Notes under the pieces: generated by a model | The model's input: only the letters and a program-made list of their open reading frames with translations | Told to the model about the DNA's origin: nothing | Databases searched by the model: none | Shown: piece after piece, positions 39,951 through 50,369 of the stretch | Position numbering within the stretch: position 1 is the stretch's first letter | Layout: every line of letters begins with the position of its first letter | Origin: a virus | Lineage: Duplodnaviria; Caudoviricetes | Virus record (IMG/VR): IMGVR_UViG_3300010429_002123 | Direction: 5' to 3' (one strand) | DNA length: 64,000 nucleotides | Position numbers and translations under genes: made by a program

Positions 39951-39965
39951 AGAGCTAGTCTCTCT

Positions 39966-40664
39966 TTGATGGAGAATATAGTCGAGGAGGTGAAGATTGT
40001 GTCGTGGACTTGGTATGCTGTGCCCCTTTCTTTACGGGATAACAAAAGTCTGTCCCCAGCAGAAAAGCTTACTTTAGGGACTCTTCTCAGTTTTCGTAAT
40101 GTAAAAACTAATGATGCTTTTCCTTCTCTGGATACTCTTGAGGAAACCACAGGGTACTCTCGCCCTTTGTTGTGCCGAACCATAAAGTCTCTGGAGAAGA
40201 AAGGGATAATCAAGACAATTAAGACACCTGGAAGAGTCAGTGTTTATGAATTAATTGACCCCGCTATGCTGGAGGATTTAAAAACTGTTAGTCGGCCTGA
40301 AAAGTGTGAAGAGAGGTCAGAAAACCCGGTTACCTCTGCGAGGAAGCACTCGTCAGCTCGACAGCCTCCTATAGAAATCACCGAGGAAATAGAGAGTATG
40401 TTTCCAAAGTTTAAAAAAGATGTTCTTCTGTCTTTCCTTAAGGCTGTCGGGGAATCCACTGGATACAAAGAAGAAAAACTCCTGCAGGCAGCCCTCTCTG
40501 AGTATAAGTATGGACTCGAACAGGAGCAGAGAAGAAAACGAACAAAAGTTCCTATTGCTGACCTGTGCGGGTTTCTTATGACCGACATAAGAAGAGGTAA
40601 CCTGACAGAAGAACGCATAAAGAGACTTTTCTCAGAGCCTCCCGAAGAGTCTGAGGGTTTTTAA
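39966..40664 (+). CDS. replication-initiator-like HTH_36 protein
   Basis: LSPAEK, AFPSLDTLEETTGYSR...TIKSLEKKGII...GR.SVY. Confidence 0.8.
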   Translation: MMENIVEEVKIVSWTWYAVPLSLRDNKSLSPAEKLTLGTLLSFRNVKTNDAFPSLDTLEETTGYSRPLLCRTIKSLEKKGIIKTIKTPGRVSVYELIDPAMLEDLKTVSRPEKCEERSENPVTSARKHSSARQPPIEITEEIESMFPKFKKDVLLSFLKAVGESTGYKEEKLLQAALSEYKYGLEQEQRRKRTKVPIADLCGFLMTDIRRGNLTEERIKRLFSEPPEESEGF

Positions 40665-40779
40665 AAAGTCTTTTTTATTTCCTGGGACTTGAAAAAGGCT
40701 TGACACTCGTGTATAATGTAGAATATCTCCCTGAAACCAGGTGTGGAAGGGGTAACAAAAGAAAAGGTGGAAACAACTG

Positions 40780-41238
40780 ATGGCGAATGAGAAGACGACT
40801 GATAATATGACTGAGACTACGAATGAGAACCTGACTGGCCTTGAACACATTAATATGTCCCGTCCTGTTGAGTTCAAAGACCTGGATGCTATTGTTGATG
40901 AAGCCGTGAAAATTATTGAGGGTATCCAGAAAAAACCTCTTGATAAAAAGTCACGGAGACAACTCAGAGATAAGTATTATGAGAATGTAAAGTATGGCCA
41001 TATGGTGGACATGAAGCTCCAGCAAAGTCAGAAAATGGCTGAGCTGACAAACTATCTTACCGTGTGGGTATACACCCTTGAGAGAATTCTCATAGAGAAA
41101 AATCTTCTGACAGAAGAAGAGCTTGAGTCTCTAAAGCTCTCTATTTCGAAAAGTCTGATGGAACCTCCCGTGGAAACTACCCAGGACTCCGTGGTTACCG
41201 AAAAATCAAAGAAAGAGAGCAAAAAACCCAAAGAATGA
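40780..41238 (+). CDS. hypothetical protein
   Basis: 152 aa, behind a TTGACA promoter, overlaps the next start (ATGA). Confidence 0.55.
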   Translation: MANEKTTDNMTETTNENLTGLEHINMSRPVEFKDLDAIVDEAVKIIEGIQKKPLDKKSRRQLRDKYYENVKYGHMVDMKLQQSQKMAELTNYLTVWVYTLERILIEKNLLTEEELESLKLSISKSLMEPPVETTQDSVVTEKSKKESKKPKE

Positions 41239-43232
41239 CTATACTGTCGCTGTTTGATGGGATAGGAGGAGCCCGCCAGGCTCTTGAAAATATAGGTTTT
41301 ACTGAAAACACTGCCCGGTTTTTTATTTCAGAGATAAACCCGCACTGTCTTTCTGTAACGGAGTTTCAGTATCCAGACCAGACCCTTATGGGTGATGTGA
41401 GAACTCTGGAGACCGGGAGTCTTCCAGAAATCGACCTCCTCATAGGGGGCAGCCCGTGTTTTACCGGGGATAGTCTGGTCACTACTTCCAAAGGTTTAAA
41501 AGTTATAAAAGAAGTGTCTGTGGGGGACTTAGTATTGACCCACGCTAACAGGTTCAAAAAAGTAGTAGAGGTTATGAGTAGGATGTCTACCGACGTTTAC
41601 AAGGTAAAAATGGAGGGGTGTCTGCCCATAACAACAACAAAAAATCATTTGTTTCTAACAAGAACAATGAAAAGAAAATGGAATCAAGAAAGGCGTTCCT
41701 ATGACAGGGTTTTTTCAGACCCAGAATGGAAAAGAATTGAAGAAGTTAAGAAAGATGACTTTTGTGGTATAGCCATAAATAGAGAAAAAGAAAACCCTCT
41801 TAATTTATCCGATGAAGATTGTTGGATTCTCGGTAGATATGTGGCAGATGGTTACCTTAACGTGAGCAAGAGGAAGGGAAGAAAAAACTCTTTCAACCAC
41901 TGGGTTGTGCTGTGTGTTGGGAAACGTAAAATAGAAAGTGTTAAAGAGAAGATACGTGGCTACCATGCTTATTACAGGGAAGAAAAAACGGCTTACAAAG
42001 TGAGGATTGTAGAAAAGAGACTCTCGGAACTTTGCGGTGCTTGTGGAAGAGGGGCGGCGAACAAGGTTGTTCCAAGTTTTGTTCTCAATCTACCTCCAGC
42101 CTTGTTAGAAATCTTTTTAGAAGGTTACATAAGTGGAGACGGCTCTTTGAGCAAAACGGGTTTTTACACAGCTTCTTCTGCAAGCAAAAACTTAATTGTT
42201 CAACTTACACAAGTAGTAGCTAAAATTTATGGAACGATGTCTTCCATTACCCACTATAAGAGAACACCAACTTGTGTTATCGAGGGGAGAACCGTAAGAC
42301 AGAAAGACAGCTACCATATAAAATTTAAAAAATCCCCCAGTAAGCAAGACAATTATAAACTGATAGACGACATTATCTGGGTGAGATACAGAAAAAGTGA
42401 AAAGTTTGCTCTGTCTGTACCTGTTTATAACCTTGAGGTTGAAGAAGATAACAGTTACGTAGTTGCTAATTGTATAGTACATAATTGCTTAAATTTATCC
42501 GTGGCGAAAAGACAGGGAGAACGCGGGATAAACGCCGGAGAAAGTGCTTTGTTCTGGGAATATGTCCGAATAAAAAAAGAAATTTCTCCTAAATTTTTCT
42601 TGCTGGAAAACGTAGCCTCTATGGAGAGTAAAGACAGGGAGGTAATAACCTCAGAACTGGAAGTAACTCCCGTTGAGATTTACTCAGGGATTTTCACCCC
42701 TCAGGCAAGAAAAAGACTCTACTGGACAAATATTCCAAAGAACCCTCTTCCGAAAGACAGGGAGTTAGTCGTGAAAGATATACTCGAAGAAGACAGCCAC
42801 GCTCTAGACCGTTACTTTATGCCTACCACTTACACCTATAACTACAGTAAAGAAAACCTTCCCTACCCCTATGCTAACGGTCCCATTAAGATTGGGCAAC
42901 TGGACGCCGGGGGACAGGGAGGAAGAATTTACAGTCTTTATGGGAAGTCTGTGTGTCTTACAGCAAACGGAGGAGGGGGCGGAGCTAAAACCGGGCTGTA
43001 TAAATTTTACGATGTCCCTGACAACACCCGGTCGGTTCGGAGACTTACCCCCGTAGAGTGTGAGAGACTTCAAGGGTTTAAAGACAACCACACCCGTTAT
43101 GGGAAAGACTTAAAAACCGGGAAAATTATAGAGCACAGTGTCACGCAGAGGTGCCGAATGCTTGGGAATTCCTTTACTGTGCCCGTGATAGAGCATTTGT
43201 TAAAGCCTTTAAAATCTCTGCTGTGTCAGTAG
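41235..43232 (+). CDS. dcm: DNA C5-cytosine methyltransferase with intein
   Basis: LSLFDGIG, GGSP|C, LLENV, QARKRLYW, RRLTPVECERLQGF, LGNS. Confidence 0.92.
   Translation: MTILSLFDGIGGARQALENIGFTENTARFFISEINPHCLSVTEFQYPDQTLMGDVRTLETGSLPEIDLLIGGSPCFTGDSLVTTSKGLKVIKEVSVGDLVLTHANRFKKVVEVMSRMSTDVYKVKMEGCLPITTTKNHLFLTRTMKRKWNQERRSYDRVFSDPEWKRIEEVKKDDFCGIAINREKENPLNLSDEDCWILGRYVADGYLNVSKRKGRKNSFNHWVVLCVGKRKIESVKEKIRGYHAYYREEKTAYKVRIVEKRLSELCGACGRGAANKVVPSFVLNLPPALLEIFLEGYISGDGSLSKTGFYTASSASKNLIVQLTQVVAKIYGTMSSITHYKRTPTCVIEGRTVRQKDSYHIKFKKSPSKQDNYKLIDDIIWVRYRKSEKFALSVPVYNLEVEEDNSYVVANCIVHNCLNLSVAKRQGERGINAGESALFWEYVRIKKEISPKFFLLENVASMESKDREVITSELEVTPVEIYSGIFTPQARKRLYWTNIPKNPLPKDRELVVKDILEEDSHALDRYFMPTTYTYNYSKENLPYPYANGPIKIGQLDAGGQGGRIYSLYGKSVCLTANGGGGGAKTGLYKFYDVPDNTRSVRRLTPVECERLQGFKDNHTRYGKDLKTGKIIEHSVTQRCRMLGNSFTVPVIEHLLKPLKSLLCQ
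41457..42485 (+). mobile_element. LAGLIDADG intein (343 aa) at the catalytic PC motif
   Basis: CFTGDSLV start; LGRYVADG and FLEGYISGDG; VYNLEV...VHN|C end. Confidence 0.92.
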
Positions 43233-43268
43233 GGAGTAGAAAGTGATTAAGAATTTGATTAAGATTTT

Positions 43269-44459
43269 GTGAAAGAACTTGAAAGAGAAAGGATATTACT
43301 TATGATTATATCTGATAAAGAGTTAGTGCCAATCATAGGAGAAAGTAAAAACACTCTCTTAGTAGAGCCCTATGTTCAGAGAAAATATCTTCCGCTTGGT
43401 CTGGCCAAGATTGCCCACTGCCTGAAAACCGAAGGAAAGACCTTCACTTATTTGAGGATAAAAGACAATTTAAAAACTTCAAAAAAGCAAAAAAGAGAGG
43501 TTTTTAAAGACATAGATTCTGTATTTATGACAAGCCTCTTTACCTATGACTCGGAGACGGTGGAAAAAGAACTGGTTTACTACAGGGATACGTATCCAAA
43601 GAGCAAGATAATCATTGGAGGAGTGTTTGCCTCCCTCTGTAAAGAACACCTGGAAAAAAACTATCCAGAAGTCTTTATTTTTGATGGGTATTCAGAATAT
43701 TTAGACAGGCAGTCTGTCCTCTATGAGGGGGTGGACTGGCAAATGGAAAAAGACTGGCCGAAGTATTCCTTCGTCTTTACCGGAAGAGGCTGTCCTAATA
43801 GATGCAAATACTGTGCCGTGCACAGAATAGAGTCACCTATGTGGATAAATCCCAACTGGAAAAGGCATATTGATTTGTCAAAACCCTACGTGATGCTTTC
43901 GGACAATAACTTCACTTCCTGGCCGGGAGAACACAGGAGAGATGTGCTCTCTTTTGTAAAAAGACACAATAAAAGAATAGTTTTTGATAATGGTTTGGAT
44001 TGCAAGAAAATAACCCCCGAGTTTGTTTCGGAGTTATCCGGGGTGAAGTTTGTGAGAAATGGAGTAAGGCTTTCTTTCGACCGTATAAAAGAAGATGGCT
44101 TGTTTCAAAAAGCTATAAAGACACTCATAGACGGGGGAGTTTCCCGAAGCAATTTAATGGGATACGCTCTGTATAATTTTGAAGACACTCCTAAGGAGGC
44201 AAACTACAGACTGCAGACGTGTAATGAACTGGGTATCCGCCCTTACCCACAACAATACACCCCTCTGGACTGTATGAACCGCAAAGATAAGTTCGTCGGG
44301 AAATACTGGACTAAAAATCTTCTGAGAAAGTTCAGGTTTTTCTGGCTGATGAGAGGACTCAATACGAAACAGAGTTTTGACCAGTATGTTAGAATCGCAA
44401 CAGACATTTCGGTGACCGAAGAAGACATAAAAGCCTGGGAATTGGAAAAACCCTGGTAG
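43269..44459 (+). CDS. radical SAM protein with B12-binding-like N-terminal domain
   Basis: PLGLAKIA, IIGGVFAS, RGCPNRCKYC, DNNF. Confidence 0.85.
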   Translation: MKELERERILLMIISDKELVPIIGESKNTLLVEPYVQRKYLPLGLAKIAHCLKTEGKTFTYLRIKDNLKTSKKQKREVFKDIDSVFMTSLFTYDSETVEKELVYYRDTYPKSKIIIGGVFASLCKEHLEKNYPEVFIFDGYSEYLDRQSVLYEGVDWQMEKDWPKYSFVFTGRGCPNRCKYCAVHRIESPMWINPNWKRHIDLSKPYVMLSDNNFTSWPGEHRRDVLSFVKRHNKRIVFDNGLDCKKITPEFVSELSGVKFVRNGVRLSFDRIKEDGLFQKAIKTLIDGGVSRSNLMGYALYNFEDTPKEANYRLQTCNELGIRPYPQQYTPLDCMNRKDKFVGKYWTKNLLRKFRFFWLMRGLNTKQSFDQYVRIATDISVTEEDIKAWELEKPW

Positions 44460-44487
44460 AAGTTCTTACAGGAAGGATAAAAAGTAT

Positions 44488-45321
44488 ATGGAACTAATAA
44501 GAAAAAAGATAACAGACCTCATACCCGACACTCAAAACGCAAACAAAGGGACTGAGAGGGGAACAGGTCTTCTTGAGGAATCTATTTCCACGCTGGGTAT
44601 GGGACGGTCTATTCTCATAGATAGAGAGGGGCGAATTATTGCGGGTAACAAAACCTTTGAGGTGGCAGGACAGCATGGTCTTGAAAACGTTATAGTCGTG
44701 CAGACAAAAGGTGACGAAATAGTAGCCGTCCAGAGGACAGACCTTGACTTAGAGCTTGACGATAGAGCCAGAGAACTTGCCTATGCAGACAACCGTATCT
44801 CTCAGGTTGACCTCGTGTGGGACGATGCTCAGATTGTAAAAGACCTTGATGCGGGAATAGACCTCGGAAAGTTCTGGTTTGATGACGAACTTGAAAAGTT
44901 TCGTTTAGACCCTGGTTTTCTGCCCGTAAAAACGAGCGACAGTATACCCTCCCCGGTTGAGTTTCCTCCCGATTCCTCTAAGGGTTCGGCGGGAGAAGAA
45001 AAACCGTCAAAGAGTCGAGAGGAAAAAGAGGAGAAAGAAACCTGTGAAAGCCCTGAGGGTGTCCTCGTGAGTATTGGAAACTTTTCCTGTAGAACGGACG
45101 GAGTCTCCCTCAGTTACGATGAGATAAAAAGAAGTGTCTCTGTGGCAAATTCTCTTCCTGAAGACGTGAAAGAAAATCTTGCGACAGACATAGCTATGCT
45201 GTTTCTTGAAAAACTCAGGGAGTTTCAGTCCGGGATTGATGGGAGTCTGGTATCGAGTGTTCTTAAGCCCACAGGGTGTGAAAAAGAGGCCGAAGAAATC
45301 TTTAAGGAGCTTGATATGTAG
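44488..45321 (+). CDS. ParB-like N-terminal domain protein
   Basis: LIPD..NAN, GRSILID..GRIIAGN, ADNR...WD. Confidence 0.8.
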   Translation: MELIRKKITDLIPDTQNANKGTERGTGLLEESISTLGMGRSILIDREGRIIAGNKTFEVAGQHGLENVIVVQTKGDEIVAVQRTDLDLELDDRARELAYADNRISQVDLVWDDAQIVKDLDAGIDLGKFWFDDELEKFRLDPGFLPVKTSDSIPSPVEFPPDSSKGSAGEEKPSKSREEKEEKETCESPEGVLVSIGNFSCRTDGVSLSYDEIKRSVSVANSLPEDVKENLATDIAMLFLEKLREFQSGIDGSLVSSVLKPTGCEKEAEEIFKELDM

Positions 45322-45440
45322 GCACCTGAGAGTCTCCCGAAGGCCGTCTTGCTGTTTAAATCCGTAACAACATAAAACAAACAGTATCAAAATAAAACTA
45401 AATATGTTATAATATAAAAAAGAGAGCCTATAGGAAAGGA

Positions 45441-46058
45441 ATGAGCAAGATGCGAACTGGTAACAGAACCGCTTATAAGCCGGAATTTGTTGAACTGGTT
45501 GAAAAACGAGCCTCAGAGGGCTATCTAAACTTCGAGATAGCAAAATCTCTTGGGGTGAGTCCTGCAGGGTTTAGCAAATATCTGAAAGTTTATCCCGAAT
45601 TAAAAGAAGCTCTGGACAGAGGGAGACAAATACCCACCGCTAAAATTGAAAGGGCTTTGTATAAACGTGCCCTCGGTTATGAGGCGGAGGACGTCGAGGC
45701 ATATATAGATTCTGATAATCGCCTGATAAAAGCCCGAAAGTTAAAAAGACATATCCCTGGAGACGTTGGGGCAATGACATTCTGGCTGAAAAATAAAAAA
45801 CCGAAAGTCTGGGCTGATAAAAAACAGCTCGAACTCGGTGGAGGATTGAACCTATCAGTCCAGCCCCTCAGTAAGGAAGAGCTCGACAAACTCTGGGAAA
45901 CCGCTGACGCCGAAGGAATTCTGAAGGACGAAAATCTAGATGTGAATCTCGATGAAATTACCGGGAAAAACTACGAGGACTTTGATGAAGGTTCCATGTA
46001 TGGTTATGACGAGACATATACAGAAGACACGGAGACCGTAGAAGAGTATGAATTATAA
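45441..46058 (+). CDS. terS: terminase small subunit
   Basis: N-terminal HTH, ERALYKRALGY, FWLKNKKP..W.DK; directly upstream of terL. Confidence 0.75.
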   Translation: MSKMRTGNRTAYKPEFVELVEKRASEGYLNFEIAKSLGVSPAGFSKYLKVYPELKEALDRGRQIPTAKIERALYKRALGYEAEDVEAYIDSDNRLIKARKLKRHIPGDVGAMTFWLKNKKPKVWADKKQLELGGGLNLSVQPLSKEELDKLWETADAEGILKDENLDVNLDEITGKNYEDFDEGSMYGYDETYTEDTETVEEYEL

Positions 46059-46099
46059 TAGTTAGAAACACAAACAAAAAAAGAGAGGCTCTTGAATAA

Positions 46100-48307
46100 A
46101 TGAGGTTGAGAGAACCAGGTTTTAAACCCAAAGAAGCTCAGGAAAGGGCTTTAAGACAACAAAAAATAAAAGCCACACTGTTGCATAACAAACCTCACAC
46201 ACCCGAGCAACTGCATCAGTATATAAAGTCTTTTATGGGGCTTCATCTGGCACGAAATAAAGTGTGCCCACACCACAGTGCTCCTTTTGACTTCGTTTCA
46301 AATATGTTTTTTGAAGCTGGGGAAGATAACTGTGCTGTGCTCGCCTCCAGAGACAGTGGAAAAACTCGCCTCCTTTCTGTGCTGACGGCTCTTAACATAA
46401 AGTTTAAAGCCCACTGCGAGTGTGCTATAGTCGGGGCAATTTTAACACAGGCGAATAAAGGCTTTTCATATCTCCGAGAGTATCACGAAATGCCTTTCCT
46501 CTCTCCTATGGTAGATACTTCGAAAATGGAGTTGACTACCTACACAAATAAATCTAAAGTGGAAATAGTCTGTGGAACTGCTACAGGTGTGAACTCTCCT
46601 CACCCAAACATTCTGCTCTGGGACGAAGTTGACCTCACTCAGTGGGACATTCTCCAACAGGGGTTCTCTATGCCTCACTCCAGTGACTTTGTGAAGTCTC
46701 AAATTGTTCTTGCTTCTACCAGAAAACACGCCGGAGTGTCTACGGGAGCTATGCAGGAAGTTTTAGACAGAATAGAAAATAAAACTATGCCTTTCTGGGA
46801 CGTCTACTCATGGTGTATCTGGGAAGTTATGGAAAAATGCACAGAGTCTTCCTGTGACATCTGTAAGCATATCTTCAGGTTTAATGAGGAGGGTGTGCAG
46901 GAAAGCTTTGCCGACCTGTGTGAGGGGAAGGCCAAACAGGCAGACGGTCACTATCCTTTAAAAGAAGTCTGGAAAAAGTTTACAACCCTTGACGTTCAGG
47001 TGTTTGATAGTGAATGGCTCTGCAGACGACCGGGAAGAGCGGGAAGGATGTTCCCGATGTTTGATGAAAACGTACACGTCATTGATTACGAAAAAAACAT
47101 AAACCTGCCAACGTATGCCGGACAGGATTTCGGCTTTTCTAACCCGGCAGTAACTCTCCTGTGCCAGGTTGACTCCTCAGACAACGCCTACATTTTCGGG
47201 GAAACAGTAGAGAGGGAAAAAACAGAGACCTCTTTGTGCTCTGCAGACGGAGCATGGAGAAACATCTATGAGACTCATTACCCTGTCCTCTGGGCGTGTG
47301 ACCCGGAAAATCCAAGTGCCATTGCTACGATGGTCGAGTCGGGTCTTCCCGCTGTGGGGGTTAGCAACAAACGTCTTGAAAGTATTGCTCTGATAAGACA
47401 TCTCCTACGCCCACCAAACAGCCCAACTCCCAAACTTTTCATAGATAGAAAGTGTTCTCTTCTCCGATGGGAGTTGATGAACTGGCAGAAGGCGAAGAAC
47501 GGAGAAGACGGTGTAAAAAAAGACGACCATTGTCTCGCTGGGGATACCCTGGTAGATACCGTCAAAGGCCAGAAAAAGATAGAAGACCTTGTAGGAAAAA
47601 CGGGAGAAGTTTACTGTTTTGATGAGAGAAATAAAATTAAGACTACCTCACTCTTCCACTCTGTAAGAGAAACCTTTAAAGAAATAGACACCTATGAGAT
47701 AGAACTCGAAGACGGGAGAAAAATAGAAGCCACGGCTGACCATATGTTCCTGACGGATAAAGGGTGGTTACCTTTGTTCTTACTCACAGAGGAAGATTCA
47801 ATCCTTGACATCTCTTCTGGAGAGAGGAAACGAAAAGAGGTAAATGCCGTGGGTTACGTAAAAATCAAGTCGATAAAGAAAAAGCGTAAACAACCTGTGT
47901 ATAACATGCATGTTGATAGTTACCACAACTTCTGTGTGCACAATCTGTTAATTTCGCACAATTCTATAGATGCACTTCGATATATCCTCTTTTATCTTCT
48001 CGGGAAAAATTATGCTCTCTATGGGGGCGGGGAAAAACAGTTTGGCTACGGAGAGCTTGTGGGAAACACTCCTCAAGAAGTCAGAAAAGACCAGGAGAGG
48101 TTGTTCACTCCCGGTGTGACAAAACCGAAAAAAGAACCAAAGTATTTTGACACACAGGGGAACGAACTGGACGCAGACGGTTTCCCTGTTGATGACACTC
48201 AGATAAGCTCTCCTTACACCTCCCTGTGGGCACAGTGCCGGGAGATGTTTAATACACATCAAGGGGTATTCGATTTTAACCCCGGACTTCCTCCAGAACC
48301 TTTCTAA
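46100..48307 (+). CDS. terL: terminase large subunit with mini-intein
   Basis: ASRDSGKT, LLWDE, ASTR, GQDFGFSNP, DDH|SIDALRY. Confidence 0.88.
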   Translation: MRLREPGFKPKEAQERALRQQKIKATLLHNKPHTPEQLHQYIKSFMGLHLARNKVCPHHSAPFDFVSNMFFEAGEDNCAVLASRDSGKTRLLSVLTALNIKFKAHCECAIVGAILTQANKGFSYLREYHEMPFLSPMVDTSKMELTTYTNKSKVEIVCGTATGVNSPHPNILLWDEVDLTQWDILQQGFSMPHSSDFVKSQIVLASTRKHAGVSTGAMQEVLDRIENKTMPFWDVYSWCIWEVMEKCTESSCDICKHIFRFNEEGVQESFADLCEGKAKQADGHYPLKEVWKKFTTLDVQVFDSEWLCRRPGRAGRMFPMFDENVHVIDYEKNINLPTYAGQDFGFSNPAVTLLCQVDSSDNAYIFGETVEREKTETSLCSADGAWRNIYETHYPVLWACDPENPSAIATMVESGLPAVGVSNKRLESIALIRHLLRPPNSPTPKLFIDRKCSLLRWELMNWQKAKNGEDGVKKDDHCLAGDTLVDTVKGQKKIEDLVGKTGEVYCFDERNKIKTTSLFHSVRETFKEIDTYEIELEDGRKIEATADHMFLTDKGWLPLFLLTEEDSILDISSGERKRKEVNAVGYVKIKSIKKKRKQPVYNMHVDSYHNFCVHNLLISHNSIDALRYILFYLLGKNYALYGGGEKQFGYGELVGNTPQEVRKDQERLFTPGVTKPKKEPKYFDTQGNELDADGFPVDDTQISSPYTSLWAQCREMFNTHQGVFDFNPGLPPEPF
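47531..47962 (+). mobile_element. mini-intein (144 aa) in the TerL nuclease motif
   Basis: CLAGDTLV, ATADH, VYNMHVDSYHNF, SHN|S. Confidence 0.9.
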
Positions 48308-48425
48308 AAACCATTACCTCAACTTTTATTCTCTTCTAGTTAACTATTTTTTACAAAACGTCTTGACATTTATCTGAAAAAATGTTAAACTTTCTATACA
48401 GAGATACAAACTAGGAGGTGGAAGT

Positions 48426-48863
48426 GTGTCAAAAAGGGCTAAAAAACAAGGGAGAAACAGAACCCTCGCAGATGAAAGACGTCTGCAGGGAAAATATATT
48501 CTTGTAGGTCTCGGTGACTGGTATGAAAGGGCAAAACCCTCGGTTATCAAGGCCGATAGTCTCGACATTTATTATCACCACCAGTTATTTTCTACTCGAA
48601 AAGAAGCAGAAAACGTTCTTAAGCACTTATACTGCCCTCACGGAAGAATTAACTGTGTTGTTTGCGGAAATCTTTATAATAATGTCCTTACTGAGGAAGA
48701 TTATAAGAAAATCTCCTCCCTGATTGAACCTCTCCCGCAAAAACCCACAAGAGCTCAGAAAAAACTCATTAAAAGTCTCCCTGAAATCATAGAGGTTACA
48801 AAAACCGATAGTATAGAGGCCACCTCTATAGAGATTATCCCGGAGGAATACTGCCTTGTTTAA
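48426..48863 (+). CDS. hypothetical protein (family with 24647 and 52971)
   Basis: CPHGRINCVVCGN, SLPEIIEV. Confidence 0.6.
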   Translation: MSKRAKKQGRNRTLADERRLQGKYILVGLGDWYERAKPSVIKADSLDIYYHHQLFSTRKEAENVLKHLYCPHGRINCVVCGNLYNNVLTEEDYKKISSLIEPLPQKPTRAQKKLIKSLPEIIEVTKTDSIEATSIEIIPEEYCLV

Positions 48864-49206
48864 AACCCTGTCCAGAGAAGAAAAAATGATTTATTACACT
48901 GACTTCGCTGAGTGGCTACGTGACCTGGTAAACCGGGCGGGTAACCCTTCCCTACAGACTTGTTACCGCGAGGCTTCGGGAAAATACTGGGACAGCAGAG
49001 AGGATAATAACTTTATACGTCTTATCACTACAGAAAAAAATTACAGCGGGCACGGGTTCTGGCGGGAGAGTTTTTTAAGGGTTAAAAACCGAAAAGAAGC
49101 TGAGAGAGTAATAAAAGATTGGAAGAATACTGCCTACAGTTTTGTAAAAAACACGCACGTAACACAAACCTGCTTCAAAATAACCCGGCAAAAAACTCCC
49201 TGGTGA
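48856..49206 (+). CDS. hypothetical protein, paralog of 49238
   Basis: shared F..WL...V.R...PSL...EA.G...G.GFW.ES. Confidence 0.6.
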   Translation: MFKTLSREEKMIYYTDFAEWLRDLVNRAGNPSLQTCYREASGKYWDSREDNNFIRLITTEKNYSGHGFWRESFLRVKNRKEAERVIKDWKNTAYSFVKNTHVTQTCFKITRQKTPW

Positions 49207-49237
49207 TACTGGAGATAACTCGGGAGACTGTGTAAGC

Positions 49238-49579
49238 ATGAAATACAAAAGATTTAAAAACAAGAAAAAACTTACTCTAGCCATGCAAGCCTTTGAAGAG
49301 TTTTGTGTGTGGCTCTCTCTGGAAGTAAAACGTATGGAACACCCTTCCCTTTACTGCCGGATAGGAGAGGCTTACGGTTTTCCCTATGCTGAAATAGGGT
49401 TTGAACCTCGAAGACCCGGTGTAGGCGGTTATGGTTTCTGGGTAGAGTCTCTTTTATGGAGTGAAACTATGTCTGATTTAAAGAGTAAAATTACTTACTG
49501 GCAGTCTCTGGTCAAAGATTATCTAAAAGCGAAATGTTTACTTACTTCTATCGTAATAGTGGAAAAGAATTTTTGTTAA
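49238..49579 (+). CDS. hypothetical protein, paralog of 48856
   Basis: shared motif. Confidence 0.6.
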   Translation: MKYKRFKNKKKLTLAMQAFEEFCVWLSLEVKRMEHPSLYCRIGEAYGFPYAEIGFEPRRPGVGGYGFWVESLLWSETMSDLKSKITYWQSLVKDYLKAKCLLTSIVIVEKNFC

Positions 49580-49763
49580 CTCGAACAAAACAACACTGTT
49601 TCGAAAACGGTTTTCATTAGTGTTCACGGGCGAAAGAGCCTTCTAAAAAATAGTTAACTTATTTTTACAAAAAGTATTGACAAGTATATTAAGTTATGTT
49701 ATTATAAGAATGTAAGAGAGAGGTTAAACAGACCGAAAACCTCTCAAAGAAGGAGGAACTAGT

Positions 49764-50369
49764 ATGAAAACCAACACAATGAATGTAAAGACCAGTATGA
49801 CCATAGAGGCAATGGAAGTTGCCAATCAGGACGAAGTCCTGAATACTATCCCGGAGGAAACCACCAGTGACCTCGAATACGCCGAAATGGTGTATGACCA
49901 CTGTGGTTACGAAGGCTCAGTACCTTCTGTCTACTCCAGCGAGTGCTCACAGTTACCCGAGAGCCACAGAGCTCTTATGACAGACTGGCAGATTGCCGAA
50001 CAGGCAATGTATGACCGCCTTTTCGCCGAAGGCAAACTGGTGGAATTCCCAGTAGGTTCCGGGATTTATGAGACTGTCTGGGCACTGGAAGCTAGACAGG
50101 AGTCCGGTGACTTCACTCCCGCCGAACAGGAGGAGTTCGACTCCAGGTTCGAGGCCGAATTCTCCCAGTTCATTCAGTACCTCGAAAGGGTCGAAGAGGT
50201 TGCCGAGGACTCTCACCTGGAAATGATGTATGAGTCCAGATATGACTCAGACCTGTATGACTCCTACGACAGTGACTTCAACCCTTACGATGGTGACAGC
50301 TACTATGACCACAGTGACTGTGACGATTACGAGTTTGCCGAATTCTCTTATGAGGATTTATTAGACTGA
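49764..50369 (+). CDS. very acidic protein, possible DNA mimic
   Basis: D/E/Y-rich with only 3 Lys; own conserved promoter, AAGGAGG RBS and terminators at about 50377 and 50422. Confidence 0.6.
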   Translation: MKTNTMNVKTSMTIEAMEVANQDEVLNTIPEETTSDLEYAEMVYDHCGYEGSVPSVYSSECSQLPESHRALMTDWQIAEQAMYDRLFAEGKLVEFPVGSGIYETVWALEARQESGDFTPAEQEEFDSRFEAEFSQFIQYLERVEEVAEDSHLEMMYESRYDSDLYDSYDSDFNPYDGDSYYDHSDCDDYEFAEFSYEDLLD

